Position numbers and translations under genes: made by a program. A stretch of DNA of 63,624 bases, the filler included, from Thermodesulfobacteriota bacterium (GTDB taxonomy: Bacteria > DASVDK01), in assembly GCA_036381125.1 (NCBI GenBank). It is 4 parts of 4 records of this genome, joined end to end, with 100 filler letters (N's around TTAATTAATTAA, not from the genome) between each part and the next. Parts side by side here need not be neighbours in the genome. Positions count along the whole stretch, not along the records: positions 1 to 19,025 come from DASVDK010000324.1; positions 19,126 to 50,918 come from DASVDK010000325.1; 2 more parts are not named here. One strand, 5' to 3'. The notes below the pieces were generated by a model. It was not told where the DNA came from. It was given only the letters and a program-made list of their open reading frames with translations, and ran no database searches. This document shows, piece after piece, positions 11,078 through 20,187 of the stretch (its first letter is position 1; the number at the start of each line of letters is the position of its first letter).

Positions 11078-11742
11078 AGCCGGTCCCCGCGCCCCCAGGC
11101 GTCGAGCGCGAGCACCCTCACGAGGAACCGCCCGAGGTCGCGCAGCTCCGGCTCGATGATCTGGTGCCCCATCGGGTACTCGTGCAGCTCGACCGGCACG
11201 CCGGCCTCCCGCAAGGCGCGCTCGGCGACGCGGCTGCCGTCGACCGGCACCACGTCGTCGAAGGTCCCGTGCGCCAGGAAGACCGGCGTGCCGGCCTGCG
11301 CCGGGGCCAGCTCCGCCGGCAATCGCTCGGGGTCGAACAGGAACCCGGAGAGGGGCGCCAGCCCCGCGAGCCGTCTCGGGTAGCGCAGGCCGGCGTCGAG
11401 CGTGAGGACGCCGCCCTGGGAGAAGCCGCAGACGACGGTCCGCTCGGGCGCGCGGCCCGACGCGGCCAGTTCGTCCAGGAGGCCGTGGAGGCGCCGCCGG
11501 CTCTCGCGGATGCCCGACTCGTGGCGGGGCGGCATCTCGAACCAGGCCCAGCCCTGCCCGAAGGCGTGCACGACGGGCATCCACCCTTGTGGGAACACCC
11601 ACCGCACGCCGGGCAGCGCGAGCGCGTCCGCCACGCCGACGAGGTCCTCGGCGCTGGCGCCGAGGCCGTGGATGGCGACCACGGTCGCGGTCGGCGCGGG
11701 TCCGGACTCGGGATCGAGGGTGAGCACGTGCAGGTCGGTCAC
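11074..11742 (-). CDS. Phospholipase/carboxylesterase (alpha/beta hydrolase)
   Basis: HGLG, GFSQG nucleophile elbow, HGTFDDVV, MGHQI catalytic His; GGAGGA RBS. Confidence 0.92.
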   Translation of the reverse strand: MTDLHVLTLDPESGPAPTATVVAIHGLGASAEDLVGVADALALPGVRWVFPQGWMPVVHAFGQGWAWFEMPPRHESGIRESRRRLHGLLDELAASGRAPERTVVCGFSQGGVLTLDAGLRYPRRLAGLAPLSGFLFDPERLPAELAPAQAGTPVFLAHGTFDDVVPVDGSRVAERALREAGVPVELHEYPMGHQIIEPELRDLGRFLVRVLALDAWGRGDRL

Positions 11743-11808
11743 GGCGACTCCTCCGGCGACGAGCGAGGATCATAGCGAGGGGCGGGCGGCCCCTGGTATC
11801 CTCGTCGC

Positions 11809-12999
11809 ATGCCCCTCCCGTTCTCGCCCGAGGCCTGGCCGCCGCTGAGGTGCCCTGCCTGCGGCGCGACGGCCCCGCTCGACACGGCCGCCTACCGGTG
11901 CGTCCGGCCGGGTTGCGGCGGGCCCTGGAGCTTCCGCCTCCCGTCGCCCGCGTTTCCGAGGGACGCGATCGCGAGGCGGCCGGCCACCATGTGGCGCTAC
12001 GTGGAGGCGCTGCCCCTCCTCCCGGAGCCGGTGACGCTCGGCGAGGCGGTGACCCCGCTCGTGCCGCTCGCGCCGCCGCGGCCGCTCGCCGGCGCGAGCC
12101 TCACGCTCCTTGCGAAGCCGGAGGGCGGCCTGCCGACCGGATCCTACAAGGACCGGGGCTCGGCCGTGCTCGTGAGCCTGCTTGCCGCCCTCGGCGTGCG
12201 CAGGGCGGTCGAGGACTCCTCGGGCAACGCCGCTGCGTCGCTGGCCGCGTACGCGGCCAGGGCGGGGATCGCGCTCACCGTCTTCTGCCCGGCCTCGGCC
12301 TCGGCCGGCAAGCTCCTGCAGGTCCGCCTCGCGGGGCAGCCGCTCAGGCGCATCGAGGGGCCCAGGCCGCGAGCCACGGCGGCGCTCCTCGCTCACCTCG
12401 AGACGAGCGGCGAGCGGTACGCCTCGCACCTCTGGCACCCCTTCTTCATCGAGGGGCTCAAGACCATGGCGTTCGAGATCGCCGAGGCGCTCGGCTGGCG
12501 CGCGCCCGACGCGGTCGTCGCGCCGTGCGGCGCCGGCAGCATCCTCCTCGGGCTCCACCGCGGCTTCGTCGAGCTGCGCGACGCCGGGGTGATCGACCGG
12601 CTGCCGCGCCTGCTCGCCGTGCAGGCCGAGGCGGTCGCCCCGGTCGCGTCCGCGTGGCAGGCGGGCCGGCGGTCGGGCGACGTGCCGCCGGTCGCCGAGC
12701 CGAAGCCGAGCCTCGCCGAGGGGATCCTGCTGCCCGCGCCGGTCCGCGGCGCCGAGCTGCTCGCGGCGCTGGCCGAGTCGGACGGTGCCGCGGTCACGGT
12801 CTCCGAGGAGCAGATCGCCGACGGCGTTCGCGCCCTCGGCGCCCAGGGCTTCGCCGTGGAGCCGACGTCGGCGGTCGTCTGGCACGGACTCGTGCGTCTG
12901 CGGCAGGCAGGGGCGCTGCGCGACGGCGACACGGTGGTCGCCGTGCTCTCGGGCCACGGGCTCAAGGCCGCCGGAGCGATCGGACGGGTCCTCGGCTAG
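11809..12999 (+). CDS. thrC: Threonine synthase-like PLP-dependent enzyme
   Basis: N-terminal CPAC..C..C, MWRY, TLGE..TPL, PTGSYKDRG (PLP Lys), DSSGNAAAS, EGLKTMAFEI, VEPTSA, SGHGLK. Substrate not certain. Confidence 0.75.
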   Translation: MPLPFSPEAWPPLRCPACGATAPLDTAAYRCVRPGCGGPWSFRLPSPAFPRDAIARRPATMWRYVEALPLLPEPVTLGEAVTPLVPLAPPRPLAGASLTLLAKPEGGLPTGSYKDRGSAVLVSLLAALGVRRAVEDSSGNAAASLAAYAARAGIALTVFCPASASAGKLLQVRLAGQPLRRIEGPRPRATAALLAHLETSGERYASHLWHPFFIEGLKTMAFEIAEALGWRAPDAVVAPCGAGSILLGLHRGFVELRDAGVIDRLPRLLAVQAEAVAPVASAWQAGRRSGDVPPVAEPKPSLAEGILLPAPVRGAELLAALAESDGAAVTVSEEQIADGVRALGAQGFAVEPTSAVVWHGLVRLRQAGALRDGDTVVAVLSGHGLKAAGAIGRVLG

Positions 13000-14032
13000 C
13001 GGCGACGCGCGCCCCGTCGTTGTCCGGAGCGGACACGAAGAGCTCGGCCCCCGCGTCGTGCGTCTCGAGCCACCGCGCGACGCGACCGGCCACCGCGTCG
13101 GCCTCGGCCTGCGAGGCGACGAGCGCGTAGCAGGCCGGTCCGAAGGCGCTCCGGCCGGCGCACGCGACCCCCGCATCGACGAGCGCCGCGAGCACCCCGG
13201 CGGTGACCGGGGGAAGCTCCACCTCCTCGGCCGCGAGCCGCTGCACCACCATGAGGCTGCGGCCGAAGGTGGCGAGGTCCCCCACCACGACCGCCGGCAG
13301 CGCCTCCATGAGGAGCCGACGGCAGATCTCGGCCACCCGCTCGACCCGCGGCCCCTGGTCCCGCTCCGGTCGGGAGGGCGCCGGCCGGCCGCCGCGCCCG
13401 TCCCGGGGGACGACCACGACGAATCGCCAGGCGTCGGGCACCGCGTAGCGCGCCAGGACCAGAGGCCCGGCCGCCGGTTCGGCCTCGGACGGCGCGACCG
13501 GCTGGCCGCCGTCGACGACGAGCCCTCCCGAGGCGAAGACCCCGACCCCGATGCCGGAGCGGAGGCCCCGCCGCAGCGCGCGCGCCACGACGGTCGCATC
13601 GAGCGGGAAGCCGGCCGCGTGGGCGAGCGCGGTGCCGACGGCCAGGGCGAGCTGCGTGCCGCTGCCGAACCCGGTGTGGGGGACCGGCGCGTCGAGGAGG
13701 CGCACCCGGGCGGCGCGCGGGGCGGGGAGTCCGGCGAGCCGGTGACGGATGACGATCTCGGCGAGTTGCCCGGAGACCTCCTCGGTGCCCGGCTCGCCGA
13801 GGCGCGCCGCGAGCGCGGGGGCGACGTCGGTCACGTCGTCGCGCCCCTCCGCCACCACGACGACGTCGGTGCGCGGGCCGTCGATCGCCACGCCGAGGCC
13901 GCCGAAGCGCCGCCCGAACCCGCCGTCGAGGTCGAGCAGGCCGAGGTGCAGGCGCGCGGGCGCCGAGACGGTGACGGCGGGTGCCGGGGCCGCCGAGCGG
14001 CGCGCGGGCGTGCGGGAACCGGGGCGGCTCAC
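12962..14032 (-). CDS. Beta-ribofuranosylaminobenzene-5'-phosphate (beta-RFAP) synthase-like GHMP-family protein (MptG-like)
   Basis: APARLHLGLLDL..GRRFGGLGVAI, HTGFGSGTQLALAV, RGLRSGIG..F..GGLVVDGG, W.FVVVVP, SAFGP, C-terminal DNDGA. Confidence 0.8.
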   Translation of the reverse strand: MSRPGSRTPARRSAAPAPAVTVSAPARLHLGLLDLDGGFGRRFGGLGVAIDGPRTDVVVVAEGRDDVTDVAPALAARLGEPGTEEVSGQLAEIVIRHRLAGLPAPRAARVRLLDAPVPHTGFGSGTQLALAVGTALAHAAGFPLDATVVARALRRGLRSGIGVGVFASGGLVVDGGQPVAPSEAEPAAGPLVLARYAVPDAWRFVVVVPRDGRGGRPAPSRPERDQGPRVERVAEICRRLLMEALPAVVVGDLATFGRSLMVVQRLAAEEVELPPVTAGVLAALVDAGVACAGRSAFGPACYALVASQAEADAVAGRVARWLETHDAGAELFVSAPDNDGARVAASRGPVRSLRRP

Positions 14033-14110
14033 GGCGACAGCGTCTCACGGGAGGCAGGGCCGCGCAAGCGGGTCGCGGCCGGCCAGACGGCGGCCGACCG
14101 GCGGCAGCCG

Positions 14111-15214
14111 TCAGTCGTCCCCGGCCTCCTGCGCTTCCGAGGGCCGAAGCGCACGCCCGAGGTAGCGCGCCACGCGGAACACGTGGCCCGAGAGCAGCAG
14201 GATCATCAGGATCCGGACCACGTGGAACGCCGCCACGATCGGGACGCCGAGCTGCAGCACCTTGGCCGTGATCGAGATCTCCGGCAGCCCGCCGGGGGCG
14301 GTCGCGAGGAGCGCGGTCGGCAGTCGCAGCTCCGTGGCTGCCGCGACGAGCCCGCCCAGGCCGGCGCTCGCCGCGAGGATCGCGAGGCTGCTGGCGAGTG
14401 CGGCCAGCGCCACGCGGTGCGCGCGCGACAGGAAGTCGCGCCGGAATCGGGCGCCCAGGGCGCAGCCCATGAGGAGCTGCGCCGCGTTGCTGACCGGTCT
14501 GGGGATGCCCGAGGGGATGCTCTCCGTCACCGCGAAGGCGATGCCGACGATCATCGGCCCGAGGAGCCAGGGGTTGGTCACGTTGAGGCGCGAGGCCGCG
14601 AGGGCGGCGCCCGTCGCCATGGCCAGCATCGCGACCAGACCTGGCACGTTCACGCCCACGACCGGCGGGACGTACGGGTCGACGCCCGACGCGCCCCAGA
14701 GCGTCATGCCGACCGGCACGAGGACGACGACGACCGCCACGCGGATCGACTGCGCGAGGAGGACCGGTAGCACGTCGGCCCGGTGCCGCTCGGCCATGTT
14801 CGACATCTCCGCGAGGCCGCCCGGGATCGTGCAGAAGAAGGCGGTCGTGCGGTCGACGTCGGCGAGCCAGGCGAAGACCGGGCCGACGAGGATCCCGAGG
14901 AGGATCGAGCCGGCGCCCGCCGCCACCATGAGCGGCAGGTAGGTGGCGATGCGCTCGACCACCGGCGGGGCGAAGTAGAGGCCGATCGCCAGGCCGATGA
15001 CGATCTGCCCCGCCTGCCGCCCCCCCGGCGGGCCGTCCAGCTCGGCGCCGAGGCCGCCGAGGACCGCCATGGCGAGGAGCGGGCCGAGGAGCCAGGGCAC
15101 CGGCATGCGAGCGAAGCTGGCGAACGCTCCGGCCGCCATGCAGGCGGCCATCGCGTAGAGCGCAGACCGGTTCGATCGGCGCTCGGCGGCGCCGCGCTGT
15201 TCGTCGGAGGGCAT
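14111..15214 (-). CDS. AbrB-family (AidB regulator / putative ammonia monooxygenase) duplicated membrane protein
   Basis: Two internal repeats, each with PWLLGP, Q..(I/M)G..(I/L)G..F and PGGL.E; many TMs. Confidence 0.88.
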   Translation of the reverse strand: MPSDEQRGAAERRSNRSALYAMAACMAAGAFASFARMPVPWLLGPLLAMAVLGGLGAELDGPPGGRQAGQIVIGLAIGLYFAPPVVERIATYLPLMVAAGAGSILLGILVGPVFAWLADVDRTTAFFCTIPGGLAEMSNMAERHRADVLPVLLAQSIRVAVVVVLVPVGMTLWGASGVDPYVPPVVGVNVPGLVAMLAMATGAALAASRLNVTNPWLLGPMIVGIAFAVTESIPSGIPRPVSNAAQLLMGCALGARFRRDFLSRAHRVALAALASSLAILAASAGLGGLVAAATELRLPTALLATAPGGLPEISITAKVLQLGVPIVAAFHVVRILMILLLSGHVFRVARYLGRALRPSEAQEAGDD

Positions 15215-15278
15215 CGAGTCTCTGTTCAGGGGGTCTGGAAGCCGCCGGGAGTATACCGCTCGGGATCGGCGTTCCGCA

Positions 15279-16142
15279 TCACAGCATCCCGAGCGGCACG
15301 TCCCGGTCGGGGGCCGGGAAGGCGCGGTCGATGGCGGCGAGGTCGGCCTCGTCGAGCGACCATCCGGCGCCCCCGGCGTTCTCCCGGACGTGGTCCGGGT
15401 TCGACGCCTTCGGGATCACGAAGACGCCCGGGTGCCTGGCCAGGAAGTTCAGGGCGACCTGTCGCGGCGTCCTGCCGTGGCGCGCGCCGACCTCCGCCAG
15501 CACCTTCCCGCCGGCGCTGCGCGGCGAGGGGAACGCCCCCTGACCGAACGGGCTGTACGCGACGACGGCGATCTGCCGGGCCTGGCAGTACGGGATGAGT
15601 CGGCGCTCGATGCCGCGGTCGCCGAGGTGGTAGAGGACCTGGTTGCAGGCGAGCCTGCCGGTCGTCAGCGCCGCCTCGGCCTCCTCGAGGTCCTCCACGT
15701 CGAAGTTGCTCACGCCGATGTAGCGGACCTTGCCCTGCGCGACGAGCGCCTCCATCGCCCGCATCGTCTCGCGCAGCGGGTAGCGCCCGCGCCAGTGGAG
15801 CAGGTAGAGGTCCAGGACGTCGGTGCCGAGCCGCTCGAGGCTCCGCTCGCACGCCGCGATCGTGCCGTCGTAGGAGGCGTTGGACGGCAGGACCTTGCTC
15901 ACGAGGAACACCTCGTGGCGCCGGCCGGCGATCGCCCGCGCGGTCAGCTCCTCCGCGCGCCCGTTGCCGTACATCTCGGCGGTGTCGACGTGGGTGAGGC
16001 CGAGGTCGAGCCCGACGCGCAGCGCCTCCACCGCCCGGCGCTCCTGCTCGCGGCTCCCTTCGATGTTCCAGGTGCCCTGCCCGATGACCGGCACGGCCAC
16101 CCCGGTGAACCCGAACGGCTTCTTCGTCACCCTGACCTCCAC
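15279..16142 (-). CDS. Aldo/keto reductase (YeaE-like)
   Basis: IGQGTW, DTAEMYGNG, VSKV, SLERLGTD.LDLYLLHW, GVSNF, NQVLY, AYSPFG, IPKAS. Confidence 0.94.
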   Translation of the reverse strand: MEVRVTKKPFGFTGVAVPVIGQGTWNIEGSREQERRAVEALRVGLDLGLTHVDTAEMYGNGRAEELTARAIAGRRHEVFLVSKVLPSNASYDGTIAACERSLERLGTDVLDLYLLHWRGRYPLRETMRAMEALVAQGKVRYIGVSNFDVEDLEEAEAALTTGRLACNQVLYHLGDRGIERRLIPYCQARQIAVVAYSPFGQGAFPSPRSAGGKVLAEVGARHGRTPRQVALNFLARHPGVFVIPKASNPDHVRENAGGAGWSLDEADLAAIDRAFPAPDRDVPLGML

Positions 16143-16202
16143 CGGCGCCTCGCGCGGCCGCGGCCTCGGGTCGACGGCGCGCGGTCGCCGCCCGCGGCCA
16201 CT

Positions 16203-17021
16203 CTAGCGAACCGCGGTCGTCCCGCCGATGGTCCCCCCGCCGCCGGGGCTCGAGCCGGGCGAGGGGGCCAGGACCGGCGAGCGGCTCGGCTGCGGCGACG
16301 GGCTCGCGGCCGGCAACGGCGTCGCCACCGGAATCGGGGTGGCGAACGGTGCGGGGGTCGCGATCGGCACCGGGCTGGCGCTTGCGACCGGGCTCGTCAT
16401 CGGAAAGGGAAAGAAGGGGGCCGCCGTCGGCGAAGGGTTCGCCCTGGGGCCGAACGCTCGGCCTCCCCCGCCGATCGGCTCGGGCGTCGGGGGCGGCAGC
16501 CCGCAGGCGGCCGGGCCGGAGCCGAAGTTGCCGCGCGCCTCCGCCTGGGCCTCGCCCTGCGCCCGCTCGAGGCGCGCCTGAGCCGCCTCGTCGCCGCACC
16601 CGGCGAGCGACTCGCCGCTGATCTGCGCGAACCCGCTGCGGAGCAGCTCGACGTTCACGAAGGCCCGCCCCTCCTCCGTCGTGGCGACCACCATGCCGAC
16701 GGACTCGTCGGCGCCGGATGCGTCGCACACGTCGACGGACACCGCCCCGCCGACGGTGAGCCGCCGCAGGAAGGCGAAGCCTTCGTCCGCGCACACGTCG
16801 CCGGTCGGCAGATCGATACCGGCGAGCGACAGCCGCCGGCCGTCGGTGAGGACCAGGCGGCCGGCGTTGTCGACCCGCGCGACCGTACCCGTCATGTCGC
16901 GCTCCGGGACGAAGGCGCCCCCCTCCGTCGAGGCGGCGCCGCCCGTGGGTACCAGGTTGCTCCCGCCGCACCCCGACCCGAGGAGCACCACGCAACCGGC
17001 GGCAAGGACGAACCGCGTCAT
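16203..17021 (-). CDS. Lipoprotein with staphylococcal nuclease (SNase)-like domain and Pro/Thr/Ser-rich tail
   Basis: Lipobox LLGSGC; LAGIDLP, FVNVELLRSGFA, AQ.EA..EARG resemble thermonuclease scaffold motifs; GGAGG RBS before ATG 17021. Confidence 0.65.
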   Translation of the reverse strand: MTRFVLAAGCVVLLGSGCGGSNLVPTGGAASTEGGAFVPERDMTGTVARVDNAGRLVLTDGRRLSLAGIDLPTGDVCADEGFAFLRRLTVGGAVSVDVCDASGADESVGMVVATTEEGRAFVNVELLRSGFAQISGESLAGCGDEAAQARLERAQGEAQAEARGNFGSGPAACGLPPPTPEPIGGGGRAFGPRANPSPTAAPFFPFPMTSPVASASPVPIATPAPFATPIPVATPLPAASPSPQPSRSPVLAPSPGSSPGGGGTIGGTTAVR

Positions 17022-17186
17022 CGACGCCTCCACCTCTCTGCGCTCGGGCCGGTCCGCACCCTGCGGCGGCGAGACCCGGCCGGCCCGGACGCGTGATCGG
17101 GCCCACCGGGCGACAGGCGGGCCCGGGGGCGCGGGCCTCTAGCAGAACGCGCGCCGAGAGCCGGGCAGCGCCGGCTGCGTACCACG

Positions 17187-17216
17187 TTGACAGCGGCCGG
17201 CGGCCGGCAGTACCGT
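17187..17216 (+). promoter_or_regulatory. Putative sigma70 promoter of downstream SDR
   Basis: TTGACA (17187-17192), 18 nt, TACCGT (17211-17216). Confidence 0.45.
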
Positions 17217-17244
17217 GCCCCTTTCTCGATGACGGAGAGGCAGG

Positions 17245-17988
17245 ATGCGCTTCGAGGGGCGGGTGATCGTCGTGACCGGCGCGAGCCGCGAGGGGCAGAT
17301 GGGCGCCGTCCTCGCCGAGGCCTTCGGTCGCGAGGGCGCCCGGCTGGTCGTGACGGCCCGAACGGCGGCCAACGTCGAACGGGTGGCCGAGCGGCTCGCG
17401 CGCGGCGGCGTGGACGCGCTCGCCGTGGCGGCCGACCTCGCGACGGAGGCGGGCGCGGCGGAGCTGGCCCGCCGCACCGACGCGCGCTTCGGCCGGGTGG
17501 ACGTGCTCGTCAACCTCGCCGGCGGGCTCACCCGCATCGGCCCGGCGATGGATCTGACGCTCGCGGACTTCGAGCGGGAGCTGGCGAGCAACCTCGTCAC
17601 GGCGTTCCTCGCCACCAGGGCGGTCGTCCCGCTCATGCGGCGGGGCGGGGGGGGCCGCATCGTCAACTTCTCGTCGCTCGCCGCGGCCGACCCGGGAGCC
17701 CGGATGCTCGCCTACAACTGCGCCAAGGCGGGCGTCACGGCGCTCACCCGCACGCTCGCCCTCGAGTTGCGGGAGCACGGCATCGCCGTGAACGCCGTGG
17801 CACCCGGCCTGATCGACACGGAGGCCAACCTCGCCGCCATGGCCCCCTCGGACGAGGAGCGGGCGCGACGCTGGGTGACGCGGCAGGAGATCGCCGAGGC
17901 GGTGCTCTTCCTCGCCTCCGACGCCGCGTCGGGCGTGAACGGACAGGTGCTGGCGGTGACCGGCAGGGGATTCCGAGGAGGGGCGTGA
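17245..17988 (+). CDS. Short-chain dehydrogenase/reductase
   Basis: TGASREGQMG, NLAGG, FSS, YNCAK (YxxxK), VNAVAPG.IDT; GGAGAGG RBS. Confidence 0.9.
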   Translation: MRFEGRVIVVTGASREGQMGAVLAEAFGREGARLVVTARTAANVERVAERLARGGVDALAVAADLATEAGAAELARRTDARFGRVDVLVNLAGGLTRIGPAMDLTLADFERELASNLVTAFLATRAVVPLMRRGGGGRIVNFSSLAAADPGARMLAYNCAKAGVTALTRTLALELREHGIAVNAVAPGLIDTEANLAAMAPSDEERARRWVTRQEIAEAVLFLASDAASGVNGQVLAVTGRGFRGGA

Positions 17989-17989
17989 C

Positions 17990-18298
17990 ATGGCCAGGAC
18001 GACCAGGGGCGGCGGTGCGGGCCGGCCGCCGTCGGGGCGGGAGGCGGACGACCCGGGGCTCATCACCCGCATCGAGCGCGTGGCGAAGTCGATCGGCGTG
18101 AACCTGCCGGCCGCCGATCAGCTACGCGAGGTCCGCGACCAGGCGCGCGGCGACGTCGCGCCGACCGCGGCAACCGAGGCGGCCGCCTATCTCGGCAGCG
18201 ACGCCCGGGCCCAGGCCGCGGCCGGCGTCGTCGTGGTCCTCGTCGACGCGGCCGGCGAGATGGTCTCGAAGCGCGTCTTCGGCCGCCGCCCGCGCTGA
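17990..18298 (+). CDS. Hypothetical protein (102 aa)
   Basis: ATG 1 nt after the SDR stop with GAGGAGG RBS; GC3-biased codons. Confidence 0.6.
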   Translation: MARTTRGGGAGRPPSGREADDPGLITRIERVAKSIGVNLPAADQLREVRDQARGDVAPTAATEAAAYLGSDARAQAAAGVVVVLVDAAGEMVSKRVFGRRPR

Positions 18299-18551
18299 CG
18301 GCCGGACCCCGGTGGGGTCGGGCCCCGGCGTCTTCCACCGGCCGCGGCGGCGCGCCTCTCACGGCCCGGCCGGTCGCGACTCCGCGCGGCGCCGACCGGG
18401 GCCTCCAGCCTCGGCGGGAGGCCCCGCACGAACCGCGGGGCGGGCCGAAACCGACGAGGGGCGCCGCGCCGACCCGCGCGTGAGCGTGCGGCACGACGGG
18501 GGTCTCTGCCCGCGCTGGGCAAGGCGCGACCCGTCCTGTTATCCTCCCGCC

Positions 18552-19025
18552 ATGCCGACCCGGGACCTCCCGCGCAACCCTCACCTGCGCAACGTCGCCA
18601 TCATCGCGCACGTCGACCACGGCAAGACGACGCTGGTGGACATGATGCTGCGCCAGAGCGGCCTCTTTCGCGCGAACGAGACGGTCGTGGAGCGGGTGAT
18701 GGACTCCATGGACCTGGAGCGCGAGCGCGGCATCACCATCCTGGCCAAGAACGCCTCGCTCCGGTACGGCGACGTCAAGATCAACATCGTCGACACGCCG
18801 GGCCACGCCGACTTCGGCGGCGAGGTGGAGCGAATCCTCGCGATGGTCGACGGCGCGCTCCTGCTCGTCGACGCGGCCGAGGGCCCGCTGCCGCAGACCC
18901 GCTTCGTGCTGCGTCACGCGCTCGAGCTGGGCATGCCGGTGATCGTGGTGATCAACAAGATCGACCGCAAGGACGCGCGAGCGAGCGAGGTCGTGGACCA
19001 CACCTTCGATCTGTTCTGCGAGCTC
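18552..19025 (+). CDS. typA: Translational GTPase TypA/BipA (3' truncated)
   Basis: [65 protein letters not shown]. Confidence 0.96.
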
Positions 19026-19125
19026 NNNNNNNNNNNNNNNNNNNNNNNNNNNNNNNNNNNNNNNNNNNNTTAATTAATTAANNNNNNNNNNNNNNNNNNN
19101 NNNNNNNNNNNNNNNNNNNNNNNNN
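19026..19125. other. Artificial contig linker (N run with TTAATTAATTAA all-frame stop spacer)
   Basis: 100 nt of N flanking TTAATTAATTAA; same structure at 50919 and 54896. Confidence 0.99.
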
Positions 19126-19794
19126 CCCAGCGGGCCGCCACGCCGCCCGCGCGGCCGCCCGGTCGCCCGCCCGCCACGCGGCCCACGCCGGCGTGCCGTG
19201 GACGACCAGAAGCGCGAGCGCGAGGTGGAGGCCGAAGGAGTACTTCGTCCACCAAGCCATGACGAAGAGCGCGGCCGCGGCGCGCAGCCGTCGGCCCTCG
19301 GCGGTCGACCCGTCGGGCTGCCAGTAGACGAGCGTAAACGCGAGCGTGAGGGCGACGCCGAACGCCTCGTGCATCGGAGTCGCGGCGAATACCTGCAGGA
19401 CCGGCGCGCCGGCGACGAGGAGGCCGACGGCGGCGCCGGCCCAGATCGAGCCGAGTCGGGCCCCGAGCAGGACCGAGAGGCCGACGGCCACGCCGAAGAC
19501 GCACACGGTCAGCGCGGTCAGGTGCCAGGGCGTCGGCGCCGTCAGCGCGAACCAGGCGGCCGAGACAAGCGAGTGGCCGGGCGGGTAGAAGGTCAGGCCG
19601 CGAAGATCCCGGAGGAGCTGCCCGAGGTCGAAGCCGACGAGATCGTAGTAGAGGTCCTGGGCGTGCTTGAAGTACCGCGCCTCGTCCCAGGCGAGGAGGA
19701 TCGGATCCTGCGGCGAGGTGCGGGCGAGCCAGATCGCGACGAGTCCGGCCAGGACCGCCGCGCCGACCAGGCCGGCGTGCCACGTGCGTCGCAT
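19126..19794 (-). CDS. Probable GT-C type membrane glycosyltransferase (3' truncated)
   Basis: N-terminal TM, WDEARY acidic loop, YPPGHS, multiple TMs, TKYSFG; similar layout to 4647-6458. Confidence 0.6.
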
Positions 19795-19896
19795 GGTGCC
19801 CCCTGTCCCGTGCGGGCCAGTCTCCCGGGGCCGCCGCTAGGCTAGCGTCCGGGTGCTCTGGTGGCAAGCGCCGGCCAGCTCCTGGAGCGGCCGGCC

Positions 19897-20124
19897 TTAC
19901 TTGTCCTCTTCGAAGAAGGCCGCGGGCGAGACCTTGAGCGCGTCGGCGATCCGCCAGAGATTCAACACAGACGCGTTGCGCCGGCCGGTCTCGACGGCGC
20001 TCATGTACGTCCGGTGCAGGCCGGCGCGCTCGGACAACTTCTCCTGCGAGAGCCCGGCTGCCTCGCGCAGGACCCGAATGCGGCGGCCGACACGGACGAG
20101 ACGGGGATCAGGGCGGCGGGGCAC
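19897..20124 (-). CDS. XRE-family HTH regulator, controller (C)-protein-like
   Basis: GRRIRVLREAAGLSQEKLSERAGLHRTYMSAVETGRRNASVLNLWRIADALKVSPAAFF; 75 aa. Confidence 0.9.
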   Translation of the reverse strand: MPRRPDPRLVRVGRRIRVLREAAGLSQEKLSERAGLHRTYMSAVETGRRNASVLNLWRIADALKVSPAAFFEEDK

Positions 20125-20177
20125 GGCCGCCTATATAGGCGGCCTGCCGCTTCCCCGTCTACAGCATCGGTGTCTAC
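20125..20177. promoter_or_regulatory. Operator/promoter region of the HTH gene: 20-bp perfect palindrome plus GTCTAC direct repeat
   Basis: GGCCGCCTATATAGGCGGCC (20125-20144) abuts the GTG start; GTCTAC at 20157-20162 and 20172-20177 (15-nt period). Confidence 0.5.
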
Positions 20178-20187
20178 CGCTTCCGCG

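Noticed and set aside
11809..14032. thrC-like plus MptG-like genes as a coenzyme M / methanopterin operon
   Set aside because: The genes are convergent, and nothing visible distinguishes the PLP enzyme as cysteate synthase.
14111..15214. AbrB protein as evidence of ammonia oxidation
   Set aside because: The 'putative ammonia monooxygenase' name is a legacy label; no AmoA/PmoA motifs and no amoBC.
19070..19081. TTAATTAATTAA within N runs (also near 50963 and 54940)
   Set aside because: Synthetic all-frame stop linker between contigs; not biological.
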